A stretch of 64,000 nucleotides of DNA from assembly GCA_951406725.2 (NCBI GenBank), contig OX597815.1:34534001-34598000 (forward strand). Direction: 5' to 3'. The notes below the pieces were generated by a model that saw only the letters and a program-made list of their open reading frames with translations, was not told where the DNA came from and ran no database searches. Made by a program: the position numbers and the translations under genes. Shown here piece after piece: positions 13,830-26,198 of this stretch. The first letter of the stretch is position 1. The number at the start of each line of letters is the position of its first letter. The stretch comes from Octopus vulgaris. Its lineage: Eukaryota.

Positions 13830-14560
13830 GAGTGTGATCGCGATTACAAGCGGCCGAAATGGTATTCCACCGAAGTTTCTCTGAAGTAACGTTAATCGAC
13901 AGGGCACATAGCTCGGAGATCTGGAAGCCTCTCCAGATTGAGTCGCTACTTCTCTGCGTTGCGAGGTCACAATTTTGATACTTCGTGCATATGATTAAAA
14001 TGTTGCAGGAAAGAATCGCAAGACGAATTTTTCAAGCCGAGCCAACCAGTAGAAGAGCTAGATGGTTGGATAATACCCGTAGTCCCAGCTAGTCAAGCTT
14101 GGGAGTCCATCCTAGTTAAGTTAAGTTAATTTTGGCTCAAAAAGCAAAAAGCAAGGCCATGTAGGGGGACATGGAGTTATGTACAGGGTGGTGTTCATCC
14201 AAAAAGTTCACGCCATTTGTGGTCAAGGGAGACTTTGAACCGAGCGGCATCTTCACTATTTCGTCCGGCAGCTTATTCCACGGATCCGCAACCCGGATGG
14301 AGAAAGCCCCTCTCCTTCGATTGAGGTGAACTCGTCGCAGATAGAGCTTTCCGGAGTGCCCCCGCAGCCGACACTCTGGAGCAGGAGTGAAGAACAGCTC
14401 TTTCGAGAGGTTACACTTTCCGCTTATGATGTTGTGAGCAAGAATGAGATCACCACGGCGTCGTCGTTTTTCTAGAGAATAAAGGTCGAGCGTCTTCAGC
14501 CTTTCTTCATAAGACAAATGTTTGAAAGTCTAATGACGGCTGCTGTTGATAAGACTCTAT
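13830..14560 (+). pseudogene. Old RTE-clade LINE 3' fragment, interrupted by a CR1 fragment
   Basis: Manual translation SSEIWKPLQIESLLLCVARSQF*YFVHMIKMLQERIARRIFQAEPTSRRARWLDN resembles the RTE/Expander C-terminus; it appears to resume after 14527. Confidence 0.55.
14114..14527 (-). mobile_element. 5'-truncated CR1-clade LINE (ORF2 C-terminus plus (TAACT)n tail)
   Basis: ORF 14137-14517 SYEERLKTLDLYSLEKRRRRGDLI...LRGHSGKL...FSIRVADPWNKLP is the typical CR1 3' end; short tandem tail at 14114-14130. Confidence 0.9.
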
Positions 14561-14899
14561 GGAGGAGGTGCCCGGGGATTCATTAGACCTAATAAGGTTT
14601 TCTGTTACACCTAAGTATATTACTAGTACTTATAGAATCATAGAGGAAGATGAAAATAGAAATCGCTTCCCAGAATCTGACTCTGTTGCCCAATTTTGAT
14701 TCTAATCAAGAATTCGTTTAATTAGGTCACAAACGCCTTTAGAAAATCTATGATGCTTTCAATTCCGTACACCAACTCCTCATATATCCATAGATGTGCA
14801 TTTGTATGACTTGCCTTCGTATTTGTATTGTGTGTGTGGGAATATATGTGTGTATGTTTATATGTGTTGCATATGTATAAGAGTATAATTGATATATGC

Positions 14900-14970
<71 letters not shown>

Positions 14971-15179
14971 TGTGTCTGTGTGAGTCTGTGTGTGTGTGAC
15001 TGTATGTATGTTGTATGTTTGTATGTACGTACATATGTTGTACGTATGAATACATGTATGTATGATTGTATGTCTTAACGCATGCATATATATGTAAATT
15101 CTATGTAAGGAATTGTAATTTTCATACACTGAGTATGTGACTAGTTTTTGGGAGACCCGGAGAAAACGACAGTGAAAGA

Positions 15180-15575
15180 CAGAGAGAGGGAGGGGAATAG
15201 AGTGAGTGAGTGAGTGAGTGAGTGAGAGAGTGAGTTGGGGGGGGTAGAGTGAGTGAGTGAGTGAGTGAGTGAGTGGGGGAATAGAGTGAGTGAGTGAGTG
15301 AGGGAGGGAGGGAGGGGGTGGGGAAATAAAGTGAGTGAGTGAGTGAGTGAGTGAGAGAGAGAGTGGGGGAATAGAGTGAGTGAGTGAGTGAGTGAGTGGG
15401 GGAATAGAGTGAGTGAGTGAGTGAGTGAGTGAGTGAGAGAGTGGGGGGAATAGAGGGAGGGGAATAGAGTGAGTGAGTGAGTGAGTGAATGAGTGAGTGA
15501 GTGAGTGAATGAGTGGGGGGAATAGAGTGAGTGAGTGAGAGAGTGGGGGGAATAGAGTGAGTGAGTGAGAGTCGA
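15180..15575. repeat. (GAGT)n minisatellite punctuated by GGGGGAATA units
   Basis: Directly visible; strongly purine/G-rich strand bias. Confidence 0.9.
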
Positions 15576-15811
15576 AGGAAAATTTTGCTTGGCAGTGGGG
15601 ATTATCAGGCAACTAATGACAAATGATTCATCATCTATTCATATCAAACTCACAAAAAAAAAAAAACAAACTATAATTTAATCCACATCAAAACCATTTG
15701 CCATAAACCGGAAAGATCTATGCAAGGTCAATCAATGACTGCATGTTACATAAGAGGTTACGCAAGAGTTCACGGTTTGGTAAAATACAACAGACAGGAG
15801 AGTTTATATAT

Positions 15812-15873
<62 letters not shown>

Positions 15874-17423
15874 GTACGTTTGTGCATTTTATCCACATGA
15901 AGTAAAAAAGCAAATGGAGAACACATCACATAAACACATCTATAAGTAAACAAACCTATATACTTACATATAAGCATATAAACGCACACATATACATACA
16001 TACATACATACATACATACATACATACACGCACGCATGCATACATACATACATACATACATACATACATACATACATACATACATACATACATACATACA
16101 TACTTACATACACGGATGCATTATGCATGCAGGCATACATACATTTATACATACATATAAAAATTAATGCCAGGAAGGCATTTCACAATGAATATTCCAA
16201 AGAGACAGTCTGTCTGAACTTCAATTTATATTAGCACTAATTCCATTGTCATTTCTTTAACAAATATCCGGCAGTTATGTGTTAGGGTCTACAACAGCAA
16301 AGACATCAATGTAATCCATAATTTCTTTGTGAATAATTCGGAGATATATACAGAAAACATTTATAATGCCGAGAAACAGCTGTATTTACTAACATTTTAG
16401 CTGATCCAGCTGTATTTACTAACATTTTCTGGGATTGGAATTTTGCCAAAAGAATAGCTGAACGAAAAAAAAAATGCTTCCTAAACCCCAAATCCCTTAC
16501 ATTAATGGAATATCTCTTCTTTTCACTCAATGATTATTACAATTACCGACGCTTTGACAAAAGTGTACCACACAAAGGTGTTCTGAAATCCCAGTGAATA
16601 TTATAACGGAACATAGAATAAAATGACAGTCAAAATTTTCTTCTCGCAACAGAAAAATATTTTATAATGCATTTTCAGGACCAATACTAGTGCCAAAACC
16701 TGAAATGGTTCACTGATCTATATAGTAAAACCACTCCAGGGCTATCAAGATCTGCAAGATCTTCATACCAACTGCAACCCTCCCGTGTGCTAGTGATATT
16801 GACAAATTCTATCTCAAAAGAAGATTGTAAATGAATAGTTTAAAATTAGTGTCGTATTGCACATACAGCCTCAGCCCAACAGTAGCTGCAAAAATAAATA
16901 TAACAACTAAGTGCTGAGAACTAAGTGAAGTACTACGGGTAGGTAATATTCACAAGAAGTATTCCCTTTCCGATGGTCTCCATGCAACCACAGAATTTAT
17001 TGGAATAGTGTATCTTAACTAAACTTAGACGTGAATCCTTCTGCATAGTACCCCAAAAGAGGATCCGCAAGGGATTTGCATAGGTATTCTCTCGTAACTT
17101 TAGTATGATACGAGAAATATTGCTTTTTGTTAAACTGGTCTGTTACACTAACGTCACGTTTAGAAGATTATGCTCTTGTAATTCAGGAGCAGGAGATAAC
17201 TGCAAAATAATTCATGGACAATAGAGACAGTGAAGCTTATAAATCCTCGAGACGAGAGCGAAAATATCGATTATGTGATATATATTTTGAGTAAAATATT
17301 ACACGTATTAGCAGCTGCCCAAAAGTGCTATTAAAATAGTACATCCTATTGCGACATGATGGTAAAATAATATACAAAGCTGACTGCAGAAAAGAATGCT
17401 CTGGTCTACATAGACATAATACT

Positions 17424-17484
<61 letters not shown>

Positions 17485-18804
17485 TATCGACACAAGAGGT
17501 TTAGGTGGAAATTTCCAATCAAAACTTCTACTAGGTGTAAATACAAGAGGTTTGTTGTTTGTAACAGAGGAAAATAATTATGTACATGTCTATGTCTGTG
17601 TATACGCATGTAGGAGGAGGATGGGGGTATATGCGTACATAATGGATCGTTCAATATAATTTAGACAGATTTTGGTGACCATTTTTAATATCATCCTGCT
17701 TATATATTATATGTGTGCGGGGTATCTATGTGTGTGCATGTATGTGTGTGAGTGCATGCGTGTGTGCATCTTCTGCGGATAAAGTGTACTCTTCAAACGC
17801 AGTTCACATCCTATAGCAAATTATTTACTAGTGACTTGTCGTTTGCATAAGCTTTCTTCAAAACATAAAGTCAATAATTTTTGTTCACTTCATTGCCTTT
17901 CATCAGTTACTATACCTAGAAACAAACTAATCTCCATTTCTTTATGTATTTATTGGTTCTTACCGGTTAACAAGCTGATCTCAGCTTGTTAACACTGACT
18001 CAAAATCAATAACCTAAAACCAGCAACCTCAGGCAGTTAGCTTTTTATATCAGTATATCAACATAACTGTTGATACCATGTACGAGAGGAAATGTCATTT
18101 AACCGTTGATAGCATAAAGAGAAGAGAAAATAAAATAAAACGAATTCTAAAATATAATATATTTTACTTCTGGTTTCACATATGTATAAACTTATCGGTT
18201 CAACAGTAAATATCACCGTTGGAACATTTCAGTATTTTGGATTTTTTTTTTTTTTTTTTTCTGAAAATACTCCAATGTTAGGATTAATATCAGATGGTGG
18301 AGTAGCTGAATTGATTCAACGACAGACTAAACGGCCTGCTATATTTGTCTTCTTCTCTTACATCCTGGTTTCAAATCTCGCAAAAAACCGACTTATTTTA
18401 TCAAACCTTTTGGGGGTATTCTGGAGCTGATCAAAGTAACACTAAACATAGATTTGATTCACTTAGCCATGTCCTAAATTTGAAATGTGGCAATGTGGAA
18501 AATTATTTCTGGAATTATTAATGACCTCGAGAAAGGCGTGGACATCACAGCATCCTCTGCATCTCATCTAAAAATCTGAGGCATTTGACTACATAGGAAA
18601 TCATTATTAGATATGTGTTATGACTTCCGTTGAGTAGAGGTCAGACTTTCTTCCACAGTGAGCTGAGTCCTTGTTTATTGCTTTTAATGTTGAAAAATCC
18701 ATAATGATCTCGAGGAATTCAAAAATGCATCAGGCTATTTCGATGGTCTAGGGTGTAATTCCTATTTTCCAAGCAACGATAGAAAAGCTGAAACCAATGT
18801 TTCG

Positions 18805-19228
18805 TAGGTGTGTCTGCGTGGTTAAGAAGCTTGCTTCCTAACCATGCCGCCTTGGGTTCTGTCCTATTACGCGGCATCTTGGGCAAGTATGGAATGGTTT
18901 TGATAGGCAAAAACTAAAAGAAGACCATCGACATAATATATGTGTGTGAGCGTGTGCGTGTGTATCTGTGTGTGCGTCAATGTGTGTGAGTGTGTATTTA
19001 TATGTGTGTCTGTGTTTGTGTTTGTTCCCTTGCCACCGCTCGACAACCGATGTTGGTTTGTGTACGTCCCCGTAAATTAGTGGTTCGGCAAAAAGAGTCG
19101 GAGAGATTAAGTACCAGACTTTAAAAAATAAGTACTGGTGTCTATTTGTTCGACCAAACCCTTCAAAGTGATGCCCCAGCATGGCCGCACTCCAATGACT
19201 GAAACAATCAAAACATAAAAAATAAAAG
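18805..19228 (+). mobile_element. SINE family A, diverged
   Basis: Homology to other family A copies. Confidence 0.85.
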
Positions 19229-19389
19229 AAAGAATGTCAAAGACATATCAAGAATTTAAATTCCATTGCAATGGCTTATAGTATATTAGGGCATAAAGTC
19301 CCCATCATTCCGATCCCTGTGTTAAACATCTGAACTATATTTGAACTCTAAGACACTGTAAGCATAATGGAGCTGCCAAAGATTATGTG

Positions 19390-20162
19390 CAGGGGTTCTC
19401 AACCATTTTTTATCCATATTTTATTCTGGTGAACCCCCATAACCATTCGATGTTTGAAAACTAGTTTCATGGAAACCTCTTTCAAAATTCCTATTTTGTT
19501 CTTCACACATTAACTTGTGTATGTTGAACTATGTAAAATGTTAGGGGAAAAAAACCTAGCTGTTTCTTGCAATGCATTCCAATACATATATCTAAAGTGA
19601 AATCGAATCTTTTCGGTTTGAACGGCAGTTTTTTCTAGCGGTGTCATATGAAATTGTCACCCATAATTATGACCCTAGTATCGATCTATTGCATTTCAAT
19701 CTGTTTTAGGGCTAGGGTTAGTTAGGGTTAGTTAGGATTAGGGTTAAGATTAAGGGTGTGGGAAAGGCTATCTTTTTTTCTTCACAAATGTAAGTAAACC
19801 CAATCTGTTTCTTAAACGAGGGACATATTCATAGGGAACAGAATGTTTTCACCTCAATAGACGTCATTGATTAGTTGAAATTGTAGAAATTGAAGAAAAA
19901 AAACAACAAATATCTTACAAACTATAGAATTTTCTCAATAAAGCCAAGAGAAAAAGATGTTTTATAAACACATTCTACCAGTATACGAAGTTTAAAAGTG
20001 TTTAGTTACGTGGAAATTATTTTAAAAAACTGCCGTTCAAACCGAAAAGATCCGCGAAATCTTTTCAGGGGCTCTTAAAGCACTATTGTGGATCGCCAAT
20101 TTATCATTTTGTTGCGTGGGCCCTCCAGAAATCTTACATAGACCCTCAGTTAAGAACCACTG
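19390..20162. mobile_element. hAT-type MITE (CAGGGGTTCTCAAC...GTTAAGAACCACTG) with a nested MITE
   Basis: CAG-terminated TIRs; homologous in reverse to 22778-23401; no convincing TSD. Confidence 0.75.
19605..20053. mobile_element. GGATC-ended MITE (possibly Merlin-like), ~30-bp TIR, 8-bp TSD
   Basis: TIRs gaatcttttcggtttgaacggcagtttttt and aaaaaactgccgttcaaaccgaaaagatcc; TSD gtgaaatc/gcgaaatc; internal TTAGGG-like repeats at 19706-19756. Confidence 0.85.
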
Positions 20163-20497
20163 AGCTAGTTGTACCATGATCTAGCGTTTCCAGCAGTTGT
20201 TGCTTATGTTTGCTAGTAGCGAAAGTTTTCATCCAATTTCTTCAGGTTCAGCGACTCACGCCTATGAACATTAAGAACATTTAGAGCAAGCTAGTGAAAT
20301 CGGTAATAATGTTTTCTAAGCGATAAACACTTCCTTTCTTGCGCGCAGACGTAAATAAACCGGCTGCTGTAATTCATCACTTTTCCATCTTTTAACAATT
20401 TCTTCTTTGTTTGTTGATTTGAGTGGTTTTTCTGAATGAATTTCTTCTTGAATGAATAACAGCGGGAGATTTTGGAGTAAGGATGGTAATGCTAGAT

Positions 20498-20580
<83 letters not shown>

Positions 20581-20779
20581 AGAAAGTGTGACCTGAAGGA
20601 GAGAGAAAGAGAAAAGAAAGACGAAAAGCTGTATAAAACTCGTGGAAATGCTGCTGAGAAAAATATGTAAAATGTCAACTTCAGCTTTCTGTAAATCGTA
20701 TTCTTCCTGTCTAGTGATTTAAATAATGTTGAGGATTGGTTCTTGGAATCGGTTTCAAGTTCGTTGGATGGGCTACACT

Positions 20780-21365
20780 AATGATGTTTATGATGATGAT
20801 GATGATGATAGTGGTGGTGGTGGTGATGGTGATGGTGATGGAGATAGTATTTTTATTGTCGTTACTGGTGATGCTGGGAGCAGTGTTGGTGGTGGTGGTT
20901 AGTGGCCGAGGTAATGATTCAGAGAAAGAAGAGTGGAAGGAATTGCGGATATAAACTGTGGATGTGGGGTTAATGGACGCAGTGGCGGCGCTGAAAGTGG
21001 AAGTAACGTTTATGTTACTAATGAAGCTGCTGTTGCTGGAGGCGGTGGATTCGGTGGTAGTGCTGGTGGTAGTAGTAGTAGTAGTAGTTTTGATAGTTGT
21101 GGTTGTAACGATGGTTGTTGTTGCTGTGGTGGTGGTGGTGGTGGTGGTGGTCGTCGTCGTCGTCGTCGTGACGATAATGAAAACTTGAACAATGAAGGTA
21201 GTATTGGTGAGAATGGTGCTGATAATGAGAATGGCAGTGAGAGTGTTAATGGCAGTCTTGTTGATATCAATACTGATAGTGATAGTGATGGCGATGGTGG
21301 TGGTAGCGGTGGTGGTGGTGGTGGTGGAGATGGTGGTGCTATTGTTGGTGATAGTGTGTGATGGC
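20780..21365. repeat. Degenerate mixed triplet array (GGT/GAT/AGT/CGT/GTT)
   Basis: Directly visible; open in several frames only because of low complexity. Confidence 0.85.
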
Positions 21366-21704
21366 CATGAAAGTGTGGATCTATTCCATCTCAATCACAG
21401 ATTTTTTTAAATTAATTTTTTTTCAACTAAACAGTTTGAAACTTCGAATACTGGTAGAATTTCTCATGTAGAACACGGTTAACTCTGAACGTTTTTGACA
21501 AAATTTCGTATTTTAGAAGTTATTTCGTGTTAAAGTTGTCGTATTTGGGTAATCAACAACGTGTATTCGGTTGAAGAAAGCTACTGCTGCTTGCGATAGC
21601 AATCGAAGAGGTGGTGGTAAAACAGCAACAATAATGGTGTTGATAATGTTATTTAACTCCAGGTCATCTCTAAGCAAGCAGACCTATAATCAAAGATAAT
21701 CCGG

Positions 21705-22491
21705 GGATCTTTTCTGCTTGGTTGCCAGCGGTTCCAAAAATTAAAGTGTACCGAATTTTTTTTAATTTGGTACAATAATACACTTGCCCAAACTGAAATG
21801 CTGGAGTTATTTTATTTTTTCCAGAAAAATATTTTAAAAAAGTTATAGAGGCTTAAATTTTGATCATTTTCACCCAGTCAGGAAACAGGATTTGAAAGCT
21901 GTCACTTTGTGCGTGACTGCACATTTTGTCGTCAATGTCCTGAAAATAGCACGTGTTGTCAATATTTGTCAACACGTGTTATGTCTCCGATAATTTTCTT
22001 GCATGTAAATAAATGTTTATGTCAATTTAAAAGAGAAAAGCAGGTTTAAATCTCTAAGCGAGATGTTGGCAAATAAACTTTCATTTAAAAGATTTATCGA
22101 AAAAAGTCTTATTTAGCTGTTATTTTTAGCACACCTCACAACCACCTCAATGCTCAATGACAAGAAGAAACGAGTAAACAAGACTGCTGTCAACACGTGC
22201 TTTCTCGCAGACTTTTCAAAGACTATTACTATGGCAACAGGCAAAAGAGTTCTCATGTTTCAGCTTGTTACTATCGAAACAGACATGAATGCGTCTGTGG
22301 CTTACGATTGGCTAAAATTGCCAAAATGTTCAAACTTTAATTACTAATAACTCTTTATTTATTGATTTATAGCGAAAATTACTTTCACGTCATTGATTAA
22401 CCTATAAAAGTGTATCAATACACTGAATATAGAACCAATTCGAACAGAAACTTGACGCTGGCAACTGCTAGCAACCAAACGGAAAAGATTC
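21705..22491. mobile_element. GGATC-ended MITE, second family
   Basis: TIRs ggatcttttctgcttggttgccagcggtt and aactgctagcaaccaaacggaaaagattc; decayed 8-bp TSD taatccgg/tagtctgg. Confidence 0.75.
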
Positions 22492-22777
22492 TAGTCTGGC
22501 TGCGACCATTTTGGTCACAAGTGTTGTATCCAAGACTTGACAAAGCAATGGGTTCTTTTAATTTTAATACAATAGAAAGTTTTGTTTTGTATTAGGTTTT
22601 GCAGCTATTCCGAGCATGTAGAGCAGAATAGACCGATCGAGGTGGAGAGATTACTGTATAACCACTTAATATGATGAGGATAGGTTTCATAAGACAATGA
22701 AACAATGTTCCTGGTATAGCTAACACCATATTATATACACAACATTTTACAGGGATATTTACACGGTTACTCTACAT

Positions 22778-23401
22778 CAGGGGTTCTCAATCAATTTTTA
22801 CCTATGGACCCTTTAATTACTATTTTATTCTGGTGGGGTCTGTATGACTTCTGAAGATCCATATAAGATTTTTGAGGGATCCACGTAACAAAATGGTAAA
22901 TTGGAGATCCACAATAGTATTTTAAAGGCCCCTGGGAAAATGTTGCTTTAGATGTATGTATGGGTATGTATTGCAAGAAACAGCTAGCTGGCAGAATCGT
23001 TAGCACGCCGGGCGAAATGCTTAGCAGTATTTCGTCTGCCGTTACGTTCTGAGTTTAAATTCCGCCGAGGTCGCCTTTGCCTTTCATCCTTTCGGGGTCG
23101 ATTAAATAAGTACCAGTTACGCACTGGGCTCGATGTAATCGACTTAATCCGTTTGTCTGTTCTTGTTTGTACCCTCTATGTTTAGCCCCTTGTAGGCAAT
23201 AAAGGAATAAGAAACAGCCAGGTTTCTTTCCCTAACATTTTATATACTTCAACCTACACAAGTTAATATGTGAAGAACAAAATATGAATTGCAAGAAGTT
23301 TCTATGAAACTAGTTTTTAAACATCGGATGGCTATCGGGGTTCACCAGAATAAAATAGTGATCAAAGGGGTCCATGGATAAAAAATTATTGAGAACCCCT
23401 G
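22778..23401. mobile_element. hAT-type MITE copy with a nested SINE B, inside a larger inverted duplication
   Basis: caggggttctcaat...attgagaacccctg; body is the reverse homologue of 19390-20162. Confidence 0.8.
22986..23208 (+). mobile_element. SINE family B, monomer
   Basis: tRNA-like head (GCTGGCAGAA...GAGTTtAAATTCC), central GCCTTTCATCCTTTCGGGGTCGAT module; TSD aagaaacagc(t/c)ag. Confidence 0.9.
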
Positions 23402-23519
23402 ATGTAGAGTAACCATGTAAACATTCCTTTAGAATGTATATATGGTGCTGTTAATGTAGCTATACCAGGAGCATTCTTTCATTACCTTATCAAGTCAATC
23501 TTCACCAAGTCTATCTTCA

Positions 23520-23938
23520 AGGCGGCGAACTGGCAGCAACGCTAGCAGGCCGGGCGAAATGCTTAGCGGTATTTCGTCTCCCGCTACGTTCTGAGTTCAA
23601 ATTCCGCCGAGGTCGACTTTGCTTTTCATCCTTTCGAGGTCGATAAATTAAATACCAGTTACGCACTGGGGTCGATATAATCGACTTAATCCGTTTGTCT
23701 GTCCTTGTTTGTCCTCTCTGTGTTTAGCCCCTTGTGGGTAGTAAAGAAATAGGTATTTCGTCTGTCGTTACGTTCTGAGTTTAAATTCCGCCGAGGTCGA
23801 CTTTACCTTTCATCCTTTTGGGGTCGATAAATAAAGTACCAGTTTCGCACTGGGGTCGATGTAATCGACTTAATCCCTTTGTCTGTCCTTGTTTGTCCCC
23901 TCTATGTTTAGCCCCTTGTGGGTAATAAAGAAATATAT
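23520..23938 (+). mobile_element. SINE family B, dimeric form, 14-bp TSD
   Basis: TSD caagtctatcttca at 23506-23519 and 23939-23952; second unit starts at GTATTTCGTCTG. Confidence 0.9.
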
Positions 23939-24604
23939 CAAGTCTATCTTCACCATATTAAGTGATCATACAGTAACCTCTCCATCTTGATCGATCTATT
24001 CTGCTAATTGGTCAAAACTCCGCCAATCATTCGCTGATAACCCTTAGCACTAAATCGATTTTTTTCTGACGTATTTAAAACTATTAACCATGTGACCAAT
24101 GCTGTCATCCTTAGTATACCTTTCTACATCTCTTATACAATCTTTCGATTCTTCCATAACTTTTCGCTGATAATCATCATTTAGATGCAATCGACACATC
24201 ACCGCACACTTCTATGAGCAAAGATCTTCATAACATCCTTCGGTGGAGATATGTTCATCTGCTCTTCATCAACCGCACCACTGAACATCCCAAGAAAATA
24301 AACTTTAGATCATTTCACCCTCACTGCTTATGATCAACTCATAGCTTAAGCCTTCACAAGTTTTACAAAGAACAGGTACAACATCGATTTTTCCGAAGCC
24401 CTTCCGCATTGCTGATTTTTCCAAACCATGGATGGTCACATTCTAAATCAAACAAATATTAAATTTACTTAAATGAGCGAAGTACATCCAACTTAACGTA
24501 AGTGTATTGTTAAAGCGCCGAATACTGCGTTAATTACCTTAAAAAGATCTCTCAAATAGACGCACGGTACATAAAGCACATATTAATATCGCTTGCAGTC
24601 GAGT

Positions 24605-25080
24605 TCTGGCACCCGTAGAAGATGATTCTCATCTGGCAGCGATATAAATATGTGACTTTTTATGACCCATGCGTCCATTTGGGAGGTCCTCTCAAGGTTA
24701 TAACGCAATATTCCGCTCTTTAACAATACGTCTGCGTTAAGTTGAATATAAAGATTTTCTTTTGATGTCAATACTTCTGTCGCTAATAATTATTTTTCAA
24801 TACGCCTTCTAGCTATTTGCGACATCAGTGTCACTGAAATTCAATATATCGCTGACAGTGAGATTTCACTGGTATGCGGCAACCAAATATCTGGCACGGA
24901 GGAGACGGGGTACGTCGAACAGACGATTCTCGTCTGCCAGCGATATAAATATGAATGCTTTTATTACCATTCGTCCACTTGAGAGATCATCTCAAGGTAA
25001 ATAACAATATATCCGCGTTAAGTTGAATATAAAAGTTGCCGTTTGGTATTTATACTACTACTGTCATTAATAATTATATT
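24605..25080. repeat. Diverged direct duplication (~190-bp units at 24605-24795 and 24890-25080)
   Basis: Shared blocks cagcgatataaatatg, ctcaaggt, gcgttaagttgaatataaa, taataattat. Confidence 0.8.
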
Positions 25081-26198
25081 TAGTATAAATGTTACAAGTT
25101 TATTTTAAAACAAGGTACCCGTAAACTGGTCTGACGGCCGCCAGAATTTGAAGTTCCTGCTCGTAAAACAGTTCGGATTATAAGTGGTTCCGGATCATCA
25201 GTGTTTGAAAAGTAGGTGTTGTACCGGTACTTCACCTCACAATCATCCAGAGCGAATACATACCTATGACATTGTCAGATCTGCATCTCAAAAACTAGGG
25301 GTCTCTTTCAGGAGCTGTAATCTCTTCAACTCGAAGCACAACTTCTAGGTTGTTTTCAGAAATGGTCCATCGGATAGATTGACTGACAAGCAAGGTTTTC
25401 TCTCACTAAAACCATTTGTACTCTTATACGCAATAAACTTTTGGCTTCTTCTATCGTTATTATACGGTTTCTGTTCTCTGAAGTAGCAAGTTGTTTACTA
25501 TCTCATCTAGGACCACCTAAGAAGCTTTCACTTCTGTGTCACAAGAATCCTAAAAGAAACCATTATTTTTTCACATCATCATAGAAAGTATCCTAACAAG
25601 ATACTTTACATAAACGTTCAATCCAAGTAAGCAACTTTCTGGAACTCACACGGACCGCAGCCATCTACAGATATTCAAACTGAAAGTGATGCACTGAATG
25701 CCCGTGCTTTGGGTAAATAAATAAAGTTTATTGAAGTTTCTCTTTTAGTTGAATGTAATCGTTAGCGACTTCCAAAGAAAAGGGAAGATAATAAAAGAAA
25801 AGTTTAGAGCTCTTTACTCTTTTACTCTTTTACTTGTTTCAGTCATTTGACTGCGGCCATGCTGGAGCACCGCCTTTAATTGAGCAACTCGACCCTGGGA
25901 CTTATTCTTTTGTAAGCCCAGTACTTATTCTATCGGTCTCTTTTGCCGAACCGCTAAGTGACGGGAACATAAACACACCAGCATCGGTTGCCAAGCAATG
26001 CTAGGGGGACAAACACAGACACACAAGCACACACACACATATATATATATATATATACGATGGGCTTCTTTCAGTTTCCGTCTACCAAATCCACTCACAA
26101 GGCTTTGGTCGGCCCGAGGCTATAGTAGAAGACACTTGCCCAAGGTGCCACGCAGTGGGACTGAACCCAGATCCATGTGGTTGGTAAACAAGCTACTT

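Noticed and set aside
15695-15707. catttgccataaa match to the 3' end of the SINE-targeting element
   Set aside because: Only 13 bp, with no further homology and no SINE context; probably chance.
16377-16428. Small tandem duplications (30-bp period here; about 21 bp x3 at 41655-41715; 20 bp x3 at 60441-60497)
   Set aside because: Ordinary slippage products with no further structure.
20316-20500. Possible exon (EEIHSEKPLKSTNKEEIVKRWKSDELQQPVYLRLRARKEVFIA)
   Set aside because: Short, no recognisable homology and no convincing partner exons; needs RNA-seq or BLAST.
20711-21410. Thr-rich mucin-like 227-aa ORF
   Set aside because: Open in several frames because of a degenerate triplet array; no recognisable domain.
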